Assembly: GCA_005223085.1 (NCBI GenBank)
Contig: NJBP01000003.1
Coordinates: 2,406-66,405 of the forward strand
DNA: 64,000 nt
Direction of reading: 5' to 3'
Source: Candidatus Aerophobetes bacterium Ae_b3b
Lineage (GTDB): Bacteria; Aerophobota; Aerophobia; Aerophobales; AE-B3A
Below, one piece after another: positions 18,992-27,756 of the stretch. The translations under genes were made by a program, and so were the position numbers. Every line of letters begins with the position of its first letter. The stretch's first letter is position 1. The notes beneath the pieces were generated by a model. It was not told the DNA's origin, did no database searches, and saw only the letters and a list, made by a program, of their open reading frames with translations.

Positions 18992-19861
18992 CTATCTAGA
19001 ACAAAGTATCTTTCTCATTCGCTTTGGAAACTTAAGAGCGTTCCCAGTGATTATACAGACCACTATATCATTTTCCTCTAGATCTACGTGTTTTAAGGCA
19101 GCGGCTGAGGCGGCAGAAGCTGGCTCTGATAATATACCTTGCTTAGCTAGGGAAATAGTTTCCTCAACAAGCTCTTTGTCTGAAACAGAGACAAATTGCC
19201 CACCAGAATCATTTACAGCATTCGATATCTTAGGTTCCTCCAACCGGTAAAATCCATGAATACTGTCCGCAATTTTGGTGAATTGTGAGGTAGCAGCTAT
19301 CATGCGCGGCGAAACCCCAGCTCTCTTCAATCCTTCCCAGACTCCGACAAGGTGAGTCCCATTGTTGGTAGGGCAGACTACGACATCCGGTGAGAACGGC
19401 GCAATTTCCCTTCCAATATAGGCATTGCCTACGATCTTGGCTTGGCAATACCCAGCATTTGCATTGTAGTATCCATGTTTTTCAGCGGCCTCGATTACCT
19501 TCTGTGTTGCAGCCATATAGTCGCCCTCAACTATTTCGATTTCGGGTTTGAAGATTCTGATGAGATCCAACTTTTCTTTACTGACATTGCTGCCAACAAA
19601 TATCTTTGCTTTCAATTCATTCATGTACATAAAGGCTGATAGCGATAAGGCGGCGTTGCCGGAACTAGCACAAACAGCAGTGCCATAGCCTTTCTCAATC
19701 ATCTCTAAAACAACCATGGCACTACCTCTGTCCTTGTGTGTACCTGTGGGGTTTACCGCCTCGAGTTTGGCGAAGACATTAGCCCCATACCTCTCTCTCC
19801 CTTTGGGAATCTTGACTAAGGGGGTATTCCATGTTGGCTCCTGTAGCTTATAACTTATCAT
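18992..19861 (-). CDS. Short threonine-synthase-like, fold-type II PLP enzyme
   Basis: NPTGTHKDRGS is the Lys motif; the canonical ThrC form is NPTGSFKDRG. About 289 aa, much shorter than canonical ThrC. I prefer the ATG at 19861 (GAGGTGG RBS 5 nt upstream) over the GTG at 19870 in the ORF track. Confidence 0.6.
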   Translation of the reverse strand: MISYKLQEPTWNTPLVKIPKGRERYGANVFAKLEAVNPTGTHKDRGSAMVVLEMIEKGYGTAVCASSGNAALSLSAFMYMNELKAKIFVGSNVSKEKLDLIRIFKPEIEIVEGDYMAATQKVIEAAEKHGYYNANAGYCQAKIVGNAYIGREIAPFSPDVVVCPTNNGTHLVGVWEGLKRAGVSPRMIAATSQFTKIADSIHGFYRLEEPKISNAVNDSGGQFVSVSDKELVEETISLAKQGILSEPASAASAAALKHVDLEENDIVVCIITGNALKFPKRMRKILCSR

Positions 19862-19879
19862 TCCATCCACCTCAAAGGT

Positions 19880-20722
19880 TCAGTACTCAAGTTTCATCCG
19901 AACGCTCTCACCAAGCATGAACATGGCTTGAAAAGCTTTGAAGAGCTCCAAGAAGTCGCTGGAAGTCAAAGACACTGTCGTACCACTCTTTCTTTCTGTG
20001 CCAGGGATTAGAGAGGCTGCATCCGCCATGTTCGTCATAAAGAAATCCACTTCTATGATCGTTGGGGTGTTGTAAACGAGCGGTGACATATCTTTTATTC
20101 TCCTTACTGCCATTCTGGCCATTTTTTTGATCACTTCGTTTGCCTTTGATAGAGGCAAACACTTTGCGGAGGTCATATTTATAGCCTTCTTTATGACAGC
20201 TACTTCGACTGTACCAAGCTGAGACTTTGCCTCCTCGGCTACGACGTTGTCACCTACTACTAGGGTGGTAGGCACGTTGAAATATCCGGCAATACCTGCA
20301 CTGACGCCGAGTTCTCCAACCGATTTACCATTGAGTCTGACGTCTCTTATACTCAGAGGGCAAAAAGAATGGTTCAAAACACCAGGGTGTGAGCCCATTT
20401 TCGCGTGGTAGCCTATGAGGAATGCGGCATCAAAGGTCTCATCAACTCCCTCCATCATGCATAGGGGTTTAGGTTGACCAGTTACGAGCTCGACGTTCTC
20501 GTCGTCGAACCTGTCGATCAAGAGGTTCCTCATCGTGTTGTGCGAATCGTTTATAACAAACTCCGTAGCATTTGCCTCTTTGGCCCCTTTGATTGCGGCG
20601 TTTACGTGTTCACACATAATGTGTCTGTCCCTGCCCCACTCTCCTGGATCAGCATTCTTTGAAAATTCCCAGTGTGTCTTACCAGCTCTGCCTTCCATAT
20701 CTGCTGAAATAAATACTTTCAT
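19880..20722 (-). CDS. dppA: D-aminopeptidase DppA (peptidase family M55)
   Basis: MKVFISADMEG.. N-terminus with NDSHN and GYHA motifs. The start at 20722 follows a GGGAGGA RBS; the ORF-track start at 20749 adds 9 unsupported codons. Confidence 0.8.
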   Translation of the reverse strand: MKVFISADMEGRAGKTHWEFSKNADPGEWGRDRHIMCEHVNAAIKGAKEANATEFVINDSHNTMRNLLIDRFDDENVELVTGQPKPLCMMEGVDETFDAAFLIGYHAKMGSHPGVLNHSFCPLSIRDVRLNGKSVGELGVSAGIAGYFNVPTTLVVGDNVVAEEAKSQLGTVEVAVIKKAINMTSAKCLPLSKANEVIKKMARMAVRRIKDMSPLVYNTPTIIEVDFFMTNMADAASLIPGTERKSGTTVSLTSSDFLELFKAFQAMFMLGESVRMKLEY

Positions 20723-20746
20723 TTTTAATCCTCCCAGGGTCTTGCC

Positions 20747-21002
20747 CAAGTTTGTGGCAAAGTTATAGAATTAATGTAAGATTCTGTTTCATCTTCCGCT
20801 CTTTGAAAATAGCTCATCACAAGATGAGGCCTAAAAGATTTGGAACAAGCTATACCTTGAAGGCTGACACAAGAAAAATGGCCATCTTAAAAAGACGTCA
20901 CGCTATTTATGAGTGTCCCTATGTGTGAGTATCTGTTTACCTAGAATTTTCGCTCAAATTAGCATTTGACAACGAAAAGGACGAGCAATTGCCACAAACT
21001 TG
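20747..21002. repeat. 256-bp non-coding element bounded by perfect 14-bp inverted repeats (CAAGTTTGTGGCAA ... TTGCCACAAACTTG)
   Basis: Read directly. IR-L is 20747-20760 and IR-R is 20989-21002. It lies in the ABC ATPase-dppA gap. No obvious target-site duplication. Confidence 0.6.
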
Positions 21003-21034
21003 AGTAAATTTCCTCCTGCCCTTTTTTTAGATTA

Positions 21035-22075
21035 TCAGCTATACAAGAAGCAGGATACAAGATGTCCTTTATCTGGACCGATTAGCTTGGGCTCTTCTTT
21101 ACTACACCTACTAAATGAAAACGGGCACCTCGTATGGAATCTGCATCCTGCTGGTGGATCAATAGGGGAAGGAACCTCCCCGGTAAGCTCTATTCTATCG
21201 ATTCTGTAAACTTCGCTTAGCAGTGGGCTGGATGAGGCTAATGACTTGGTGTAAGGATGGAGGCACTTTTGAAAAAGCTCCTTAGTTGGTGCCAACTCCA
21301 CCAGTTTACCCAAATACATGACACCAACAGTGTCCGAAACGTGACGTATCACAGAAAGGTCGTGTGCAATGAAGAGATAAGTTAAATCCCTTTTGTTCTG
21401 CAATTCCATAAGGAGATTCAGTATTTGCGCTTGTATGGATGTATCCAGAGCGGTTACTGGCTCATCCAGCACGATGAATTTAGGTTCTGTCGCTAATGCG
21501 CGGGCTATTGCGGCCCTCTGCCGCTGTCCTCCACTTAGTGCTTTTGGTTTTTTCGTGTAAAATACCTCGCTGAGCCCGACCTGGCCAAGTAAGTCTAGGC
21601 AATATTCTTTTATCATGTCCCTCTTGACGATTTCATGATGATTGATCACCTCCTTTAACATATTTCCAATTATCTTGTGTGGAGGCAAAGTCGAGTAGGG
21701 ATTTTGAAATACGACTTGCACCTCCTTTCTAAGCTTTTTGAGCTGCCTATCTGCTAAAGAACGGATGTTCTGCCCGAAAACTCGAATGTTACCAGCAGTA
21801 ATTGATTCGAGTCTAAGAACACACCTGCCTAAGGTCGACTTTCCGCAACCGCTCTCACCTACGAGTCCAAATGTCTCGCCTCTCCTTATGTCCAGGGAGA
21901 TATCGTCTACAGCTTTAACATACTTCTGTTCCCTCACAAGGATTTTGTCGATAAAACCCTTTCTCAGCACATAGTACTTTTTCAGATGGCCGATTTCTAT
22001 AACTGTCTCATTTCGGGAGATTTCTTTCATTTTGTTCTTGTGGTCCGAGACTATATCTACATCCAACGTCAGCAC
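21035..22075 (-). CDS. Dpp/Opp-type peptide ABC transporter ATPase (OppF-like)
   Basis: Walker A GESGCGKST, signature LSGGQRQR, Walker B VLDEP, and the C-terminal oligopeptide-transporter Cys motif region (GCRFHTRCP). Confidence 0.85.
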   Translation of the reverse strand: MLTLDVDIVSDHKNKMKEISRNETVIEIGHLKKYYVLRKGFIDKILVREQKYVKAVDDISLDIRRGETFGLVGESGCGKSTLGRCVLRLESITAGNIRVFGQNIRSLADRQLKKLRKEVQVVFQNPYSTLPPHKIIGNMLKEVINHHEIVKRDMIKEYCLDLLGQVGLSEVFYTKKPKALSGGQRQRAAIARALATEPKFIVLDEPVTALDTSIQAQILNLLMELQNKRDLTYLFIAHDLSVIRHVSDTVGVMYLGKLVELAPTKELFQKCLHPYTKSLASSSPLLSEVYRIDRIELTGEVPSPIDPPAGCRFHTRCPFSFSRCSKEEPKLIGPDKGHLVSCFLYS

Positions 22076-23079
22076 ACCCCCTGAAAACCGTGGTTCTTAG
22101 ACCGCGATAGTCTCTTGGCATCTTCTGGTTTTATGCAACGAATACTGTGATTTTCATCGATTTTTCTAAGTTCTATACTTTCTTGGAGGCAGCCTTCATC
22201 CCCTATTGGACACCGAGGGTAAAATTTGCATCCTTGGTGAGGAATTTCACTGAGCTCGCCCATTATAGTTGGAATCTTACCCTTAGGTTCGTAGTATATT
22301 ACGTTGGATCTAAGCAATCCGAATGTATAGGAGTGCAAGGGGTTTTCGAAAACGGTTTTCACCGTCCCCTGTTCCATTAATGTGCCAGCATACATTACAT
22401 TCACATAGTCACATATGCGCTTGATGACTCCGAGATCGTGCGTTATCCACAGCACCGAAACACCTATCTCACCTATGAGTTCCTCGAACTCATTCAAAAT
22501 CTGGTTTGCGATAGTTACATCTAGAGCTGTTGTCGGCTCATCCGCGATGATCAGTGACGGCTCGCAGCTCATTGCCATAGCGATCGTCACTCTTTGAATC
22601 ATCCCACCGCTGAGTTCGTGAGGATAGTTGTCAAAACGTTTTTCCGGGTCCGAGATCCTAACTTTCCTGAATAGATCTATTGCCTTCGTCTTTGCCTCCT
22701 TCTGTCCAATATCTTGGTGGAGCTTCAAAACACTAGTAATCTGTTCTCCAACGGTAAACAGTGGATTGAGCGATACCATTGGATCCTGAAAGATCATCGA
22801 GATCTCATTCCCCCTGATTTTGAACTGCATCTCCTTCTCGCTTAATTCCCTTATATTTATACCTTTAAAAATTATCCCACCGGACACGATTCTACCTGTT
22901 TCCGGCAGGATCCTAAGGAGCGAGTTGGCAATTGTGGTCTTGCCACTTCCCGACTCACCTACGAGGCCAACTACCTCCCTTTCTCTTATCGAAAGGTCGG
23001 CACCATCCACCGCCTTGACGATTGCCCCGTTTCCCTCAAAGTACGTGTGGAGGTCCTTTATTTCTAGTAAATTCATCAT
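22069..23079 (-). CDS. Dpp/Opp-type peptide ABC transporter ATPase (OppD-like)
   Basis: GESGSGKTT, LSGGMIQR, IADEPTTALD, and C-terminal GCKFYPRCP. Confidence 0.85.
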   Translation of the reverse strand: MMNLLEIKDLHTYFEGNGAIVKAVDGADLSIREREVVGLVGESGSGKTTIANSLLRILPETGRIVSGGIIFKGINIRELSEKEMQFKIRGNEISMIFQDPMVSLNPLFTVGEQITSVLKLHQDIGQKEAKTKAIDLFRKVRISDPEKRFDNYPHELSGGMIQRVTIAMAMSCEPSLIIADEPTTALDVTIANQILNEFEELIGEIGVSVLWITHDLGVIKRICDYVNVMYAGTLMEQGTVKTVFENPLHSYTFGLLRSNVIYYEPKGKIPTIMGELSEIPHQGCKFYPRCPIGDEGCLQESIELRKIDENHSIRCIKPEDAKRLSRSKNHGFQGVC

Positions 23080-23975
23080 TATTTCTCCAACATGTCTCGC
23101 AGGCCATCGCCGATCAGGCTAAAACCTATCACGGTATACATGATCCCAAGTGCTGGAAAAGTAGCAATCCACCAACCCACCTGCAGCAACTGCCTCCCTT
23201 CGGCTATCTGCGCCCCCCACTCAGGAATTGGGGGTTGTGCACCAACGCCAACAAAACTGAGGGAAGCTGCAACTAATATAACGAGTGCACAGTCAAGCGA
23301 AGCGTAAACAATGGTCGGCGCGATGGAGTTCGGCATCAAATGCCCGAATATTATTCTTTTGTCCGAAAAACCAACAGCTTCAGCTGCTCTGACATAATCC
23401 TCTTCCTTTTCTGAGAGGTACCTACTTCTAACAATCCTAGCATACTGACACCAACTTACAATAGCAATAGCAAAATACAAGTTTTTGAGACCGGGACCGA
23501 AGATAGCCATGATGGCAATGACAAGTACCAGAAAAGGAAAAGCCATAATCGAGTCAACAATGCGCATGATTATGGTATCGATCCAACCCTCGTAATAACC
23601 GGAAAGTGCTCCTGCTAAGTTGCCTACGATGAAGGCGATTCCGACACCGATTACGCAGATTTTCACTGCTATCCAGGCGCCGTGGATCACCCTTGACATT
23701 ACATCTCTCCCATACAGATCCGTGCCAAATAGGTGGCTAAGCCCTGGTGGTTCAAGGCTCTCAGTTAGGACCTGTTGGTACGGATCGTAAGGAGCGATGA
23801 AAGGCGCGAATATTCCTACCAGGGTTAATATACCGATCATTATCAGGCCGATTCTGCTATTAGGATTTCTGATAATTTTCTTTACTGTCTCCCATCTCGC
23901 GATGTTTTCATCGCCGAAGAGAAGGTTAATGGAACGAGATATTACACTGCCTGCATTCCTGTTATTCACTCTCAA
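23079..23975 (-). CDS. Dpp/Opp-type ABC permease (DppC/OppC-like)
   Basis: Multi-TM protein with an N-terminal OppC-type segment and an EAA-like loop (AAEAVGFSDKRIIFGHLMPN). Confidence 0.8.
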   Translation of the reverse strand: MRVNNRNAGSVISRSINLLFGDENIARWETVKKIIRNPNSRIGLIMIGILTLVGIFAPFIAPYDPYQQVLTESLEPPGLSHLFGTDLYGRDVMSRVIHGAWIAVKICVIGVGIAFIVGNLAGALSGYYEGWIDTIIMRIVDSIMAFPFLVLVIAIMAIFGPGLKNLYFAIAIVSWCQYARIVRSRYLSEKEEDYVRAAEAVGFSDKRIIFGHLMPNSIAPTIVYASLDCALVILVAASLSFVGVGAQPPIPEWGAQIAEGRQLLQVGWWIATFPALGIMYTVIGFSLIGDGLRDMLEK

Positions 23976-24913
23976 CTCCTGTAGATCCGTGGGTCTATTA
24001 ATCCATAAATGATGTCAACGATGTAGTTGTTTAACATTATTGCTAATGCAAATACAAGACTAATGCCCTGTATCAAGGGATAGTCCCTTACTATCACGGC
24101 ATCTAATAACATCGCCCCTATCCCAGGTAGAGAGAATACTGTTTCGATCACCACCGACGATCCGAGGAGCCACCCTAAGTTCAAACCAAGAACGGTAATA
24201 GTAGGCAAAAGCGCATTCTTGAGGACATACTTCAGATAAATTGTCCTGTCCGAGAAGCCATACGTCCTTGCTGTTCGTATATACTCTTTTTGCAAAACCT
24301 CGATCATATCTGACCTAAGAGTTCTCGTAACAAGAGCAGTCAGAAACAGTCCGAGGATGAAACTGGGGAGAAATAGGTGATATATGTTATCTAGCAGACC
24401 TGACCCCCATCCCCTAGTGGGGAACCAACCCAATCGGAGGGCGAAGATATTGAGGAATAGAAGACCCGTCCAGAATTCCGGCATCGAGAAGACGAAAAGT
24501 GACGAGATTCGCGCCACATAATCGGGGAACTTGCCACGGTGTTTCGTCGCCCATAAGCTGAGCGGAAGCGAAATGATAACGCAAAATACTGCTGACATAA
24601 AAACCAGCGAGAGCGTCACTCTTAACCTTGAAAAAATCAACTCAGTAATTGGAGCCTTATAGCGAATTGATGTTCCCAGGCTTCCACGTGCAAGCTGTGT
24701 GAGAAACACGTAAAACTGCTTGTGTAGTGGCTCATTGAGACCGAGACTCTTCCTCAGTTGCTCGAGGCGCTCCGGTGTAGCCATGATACCAAGTATATTC
24801 TTGGCTGGATCACCAGGTATGAAATGCAGCATAAGGAATACTATAAACAAAACAATGAATAAAACGGGTATCATTTCGAGAAATCTTCTTAGAGCATATC
24901 GTTCAAGAGACAT
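23972..24913 (-). CDS. Dpp/Opp-type ABC permease (DppB/OppB-like)
   Basis: IPGDPA N-terminal motif and an EAA loop (YIRTARTYGFSDRTIYLKYVLKNA). 313 aa. Confidence 0.8.
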   Translation of the reverse strand: MSLERYALRRFLEMIPVLFIVLFIVFLMLHFIPGDPAKNILGIMATPERLEQLRKSLGLNEPLHKQFYVFLTQLARGSLGTSIRYKAPITELIFSRLRVTLSLVFMSAVFCVIISLPLSLWATKHRGKFPDYVARISSLFVFSMPEFWTGLLFLNIFALRLGWFPTRGWGSGLLDNIYHLFLPSFILGLFLTALVTRTLRSDMIEVLQKEYIRTARTYGFSDRTIYLKYVLKNALLPTITVLGLNLGWLLGSSVVIETVFSLPGIGAMLLDAVIVRDYPLIQGISLVFALAIMLNNYIVDIIYGLIDPRIYRS

Positions 24914-25003
24914 AGGAGGTCACCCTAAGGTAAGCCGTTCATTGATATTTGGAACCATGGTACCTTGGGAGGAACCCACGGCACCATGGTTCTCGGGAAT
25001 ATT

Positions 25004-26527
25004 TTACTCTTCTATCCAGACATATTCCCACCTGTAGAAATCGTTAGCCGGGACCAGGAAACCATGTACGTTTGTCCGCATCGCTGTCGGGTTAGGAGTC
25101 GTCGTGACAAAGATCTGGGCGGCATCCTCATGTACTATTCTTTGTATGTCATAGTAAATCTCTCTTCGCTTCTCTTCGTCCAGGGCTACTCGCCCTAAAG
25201 CGTACAACTCTTCCACCCTGAGGTTGTGATAGTCGGAGAAATAAGCTTGATTTCCTGCATAGGATATTCCGAAGTCGGTTAACAGATCATCATCTAATAT
25301 GTCACTCGTATAGTAGTCAGGTGAAAGTTCATACTTCCTCGCAATTAGTCGATCCCACCTTGTTCCCTCTTCAACCTTTTCGATGGTAGCCTCGATGCCA
25401 ATATCCCTCAGATTCTGCTGGAGAATCGTTGCCATACTGATCATCATAGGCTCCCCGGCAGTGGCCAAAATGGTCGTCTTAAATCCTTTTTCGTATCCAG
25501 CCTCCTTCAAAAGCTGCTTGGCTTTTTCTGGATCGTAGGAGTATGGTTCTAGCTGATCATTGTAGTACTGAACTGGCGGCATGTAGGATGGAGCTATCTC
25601 ACCGTATCCGAAGAGTACGGTGTCAATGAAGCCCTGCTTGTTCATGGCATAGTTTAGAGCTTGTCTGACCTTCACATTGTTGAATGGCTCAATGCCGCAG
25701 TTAATTTTAACGAAGTCGTGGCGCCAAATTGTATCGACCGAGACTTTTACATCGGGGTCAGCTCTGAGGATCTCGATCTCACTGAATGGTACATAAGCGG
25801 CGACGTCAACGCTTCCGTCGCGAACTGCGAGTGTCCTCGATGTTGCGTCGGGCATTATGTAGTAATAGAGTTTGTCCACCTTGGGTTGTCCTTCTCGCCA
25901 ATAGTCTTCAAATTTGGAAAATAGTATCTCCTCGCCAGGTTTCCAATGTTCGAATTTGAACGGACCGGCCCCTATCGGATGTCGTCCGAACTTTTCGGTG
26001 CCACCAACTTCCAGGAAGTATTTCTCTGGAATTATGGCGGCATTGAACATAGCTAAATCCGCCAGTATCGGGGCATATGGAGCGCTCAATCTTATCTCGA
26101 CAGTGTACCTATCCACAGCCACCATCTCCTCAATCGGTTTGAACATATCCGCATAGGGACATTGCTCTGGGTCACGCGTCCTGTTCAGTGAAAATACGAC
26201 GTCTTCAGCAGTCACTTCGTTTCCATTGTGAAATTTTGCACCTTTCCGGAGATGGAAGGTGTAGATCAAATTGTCATCCGAGACCTCCCATGACTCAGCC
26301 AAGTCAGGTTCGATATATGTGGAATCATCAGATACCCGGACCAAACAATCATGAGCATTGTGCAAAGCCCATAGCGACGGATTGTCGGAGGGACCAACTG
26401 GATCCAAGGTCTTAGGTTCCGAGATCCAAGCCACTCTCAACACGCTCTCACACTTTTCTGCTCCAAGCCCAACCACAATGGCTAAAAGCATCGAAATCGT
26501 TAGTAGTGTTACAATCCCTCTCCTCAT
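25004..26527 (-). CDS. ABC substrate-binding protein, family 5 (peptide/nickel type)
   Basis: Signal-anchor N-terminus, 507 aa, with family-5 SBP features (LDPV.., GPFKFEHWKPGE). Confidence 0.8.
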   Translation of the reverse strand: MRRGIVTLLTISMLLAIVVGLGAEKCESVLRVAWISEPKTLDPVGPSDNPSLWALHNAHDCLVRVSDDSTYIEPDLAESWEVSDDNLIYTFHLRKGAKFHNGNEVTAEDVVFSLNRTRDPEQCPYADMFKPIEEMVAVDRYTVEIRLSAPYAPILADLAMFNAAIIPEKYFLEVGGTEKFGRHPIGAGPFKFEHWKPGEEILFSKFEDYWREGQPKVDKLYYYIMPDATSRTLAVRDGSVDVAAYVPFSEIEILRADPDVKVSVDTIWRHDFVKINCGIEPFNNVKVRQALNYAMNKQGFIDTVLFGYGEIAPSYMPPVQYYNDQLEPYSYDPEKAKQLLKEAGYEKGFKTTILATAGEPMMISMATILQQNLRDIGIEATIEKVEEGTRWDRLIARKYELSPDYYTSDILDDDLLTDFGISYAGNQAYFSDYHNLRVEELYALGRVALDEEKRREIYYDIQRIVHEDAAQIFVTTTPNPTAMRTNVHGFLVPANDFYRWEYVWIEE

Positions 26528-26650
26528 TTTTTATCTCCTTTGGTTAAATTATAAAGTGTTACTCTACTTATTCTTCTTTCGAACCTTGTCATCTATCACC
26601 CCCTTCAGAAGGTACTCTACATTTCATTCTCATCTATCACCCCCCTTGCT

Positions 26651-26860
26651 CTACTCTCCAATCTCCTTAATCCAACTATTGAAACCGTTACCGACCTTCG
26701 TCTCAATTACCCCGACAATTTGGAGAACGCATAAAGCTTCCCCAATAACTGGCCGACCTACCTCAGTCAAACTGGCAATACGATTTTCGGAGGGTAACTT
26801 ATTACCCTTTCTATATTCCTCTTCCCTGATCGACTGGAGGACTTGCCCTGCTATTTCCAT
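26651..26860 (-). CDS. GntR-type winged-HTH domain only (effector domain missing; truncated regulator)
   Basis: LPSENRIASLTEVGRPVIGEALCVLQIVGVIETKVGNG matches the GntR wHTH, and the ORF stops immediately after it. The ORF-track start at 26941 lies at or above the predicted TSS, so Met28 (26860) is preferred. Confidence 0.5.
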   Translation of the reverse strand: MEIAGQVLQSIREEEYRKGNKLPSENRIASLTEVGRPVIGEALCVLQIVGVIETKVGNGFNSWIKEIGE

Positions 26861-26943
26861 AGCTTTTCTCTTCCCGGTTTCCTGAACTTTCTTGAAGGTT
26901 GCTTCCAACCTCCAATACAAATCTGAATATCTGTAGCACAAGC

Positions 26944-26972
26944 ACTATACCACCATTCTCGAAATTTGTCAA
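26944..26972 (-). promoter_or_regulatory. Near-consensus sigma-70-type promoter (TTGACA-17-TATAGT) reading into GntR' and the dpp operon
   Basis: Reverse complement of 26967-26972 is TTGACA, and of 26944-26949 is TATAGT. The spacer is 17 nt. The -35 coincides with the left edge of repeat R. Confidence 0.5.
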
Positions 26973-27112
26973 TTCTTTTGGCTATAATGATACTGCCCAC
27001 TTTCTATTAGATTTTAGAGAGTTCGGAAAAGCTTTTATTTTATTTCAAAAGCGAAGGGAGTTATCTACCAAATCACTATTTTTCACATTATTTTTCAGAA
27101 CGTTATCCCCAA
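26966..27112. repeat. Repeat R, copy 1 (about 147 bp; intergenic sequence downstream of the lplA-like gene, includes the promoter -35)
   Basis: Aligns with 50808-50950 at roughly 80% identity by eye, with one ~11-nt indel (ttcttttggctaYaatgatact ... attagattttagaga ... ggaacgttatccccaa). Confidence 0.75.
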
Positions 27113-27559
27113 TCTCTTCTCAAATCCCAGAATGAGACTATTTATTATTTTTCCCCGATCTTTTTGCTCTTTCCTACTTTTAGGGGTAATCTTGCTGTCG
27201 ATCAGAATCGACCCGTGCTGGAAAAAGGCTTTGTTTTTCCTCCTTTGAGCGCTTCCCCCAATTTTTCTTCCGTCTTCAACGACATCGTATTTGGAGGGAT
27301 TGACAAAACAAAAATAAGGATCAGGTCTTTCAGTCTCTTTTCTTTCTAACTCGGCGTTTATCCCCAAATTTTGTAGACCGAGGATTATCGCCTCATGAAC
27401 TAGCTGCTGCGTTTTTGTAATATCCCTAAAGGCAGGAAATTCATTGGTAGAGCAAGCTAAAGAATAGGTTATCTCATTTCTATGAAGTATCGCACCTCCT
27501 CCGGCAAAGCGCCTCACAATGATTAGTTTTTGTCTTTTATATCTTTGCAAGGAAGGTCT
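27095..27559 (-). pseudogene. Lipoate-protein ligase / octanoyltransferase family gene (BPL_LplA_LipB), 5'-truncated
   Basis: VRRFAGGGAILHRNEITY corresponds to the RRxSGGGAVxHD motif, which normally sits about 60-70 aa into the protein. GRKIGGSAQRR is the catalytic Lys region, and FFQHGSILID is also present. The N-terminal ~60 aa are replaced by a gyrA fragment. Confidence 0.7.
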
Positions 27560-27756
27560 AGGCTAGCTCGCTTGACCAGCCTGGAGAGGCATAAAGTGGA
27601 CCAGGATTATGCCGAATCGGTAAAAAAAATAGGAAAGCTAGAGGAGATGCTGGTAAAGGAGCCCCTGATTTGGGCAACCATTAAGGAAGAACTTGTCCAG
27701 ATTAAGCAAAAATATGGAGAAGAGAGGCGTACCCGGATTAAGACCGTAGTAAAGGA
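27560..27756 (+). pseudogene. gyrA internal fragment (copy of nt 14102-14298)
   Basis: About 93% nucleotide identity by hand count (~14 mismatches, no indel). It is still in frame: [61 protein letters not shown]. Confidence 0.9.

Noticed and set aside
20824-20928. 34-codon basic ORF (MRPKRFGTSYTLKADTRKMAILKRRHAIYECPYV) inside the inverted-repeat-bounded element
   Set aside because: It lies on the strand opposite to all surrounding transcription. It has no RBS and no recognisable family. It is too short to support.
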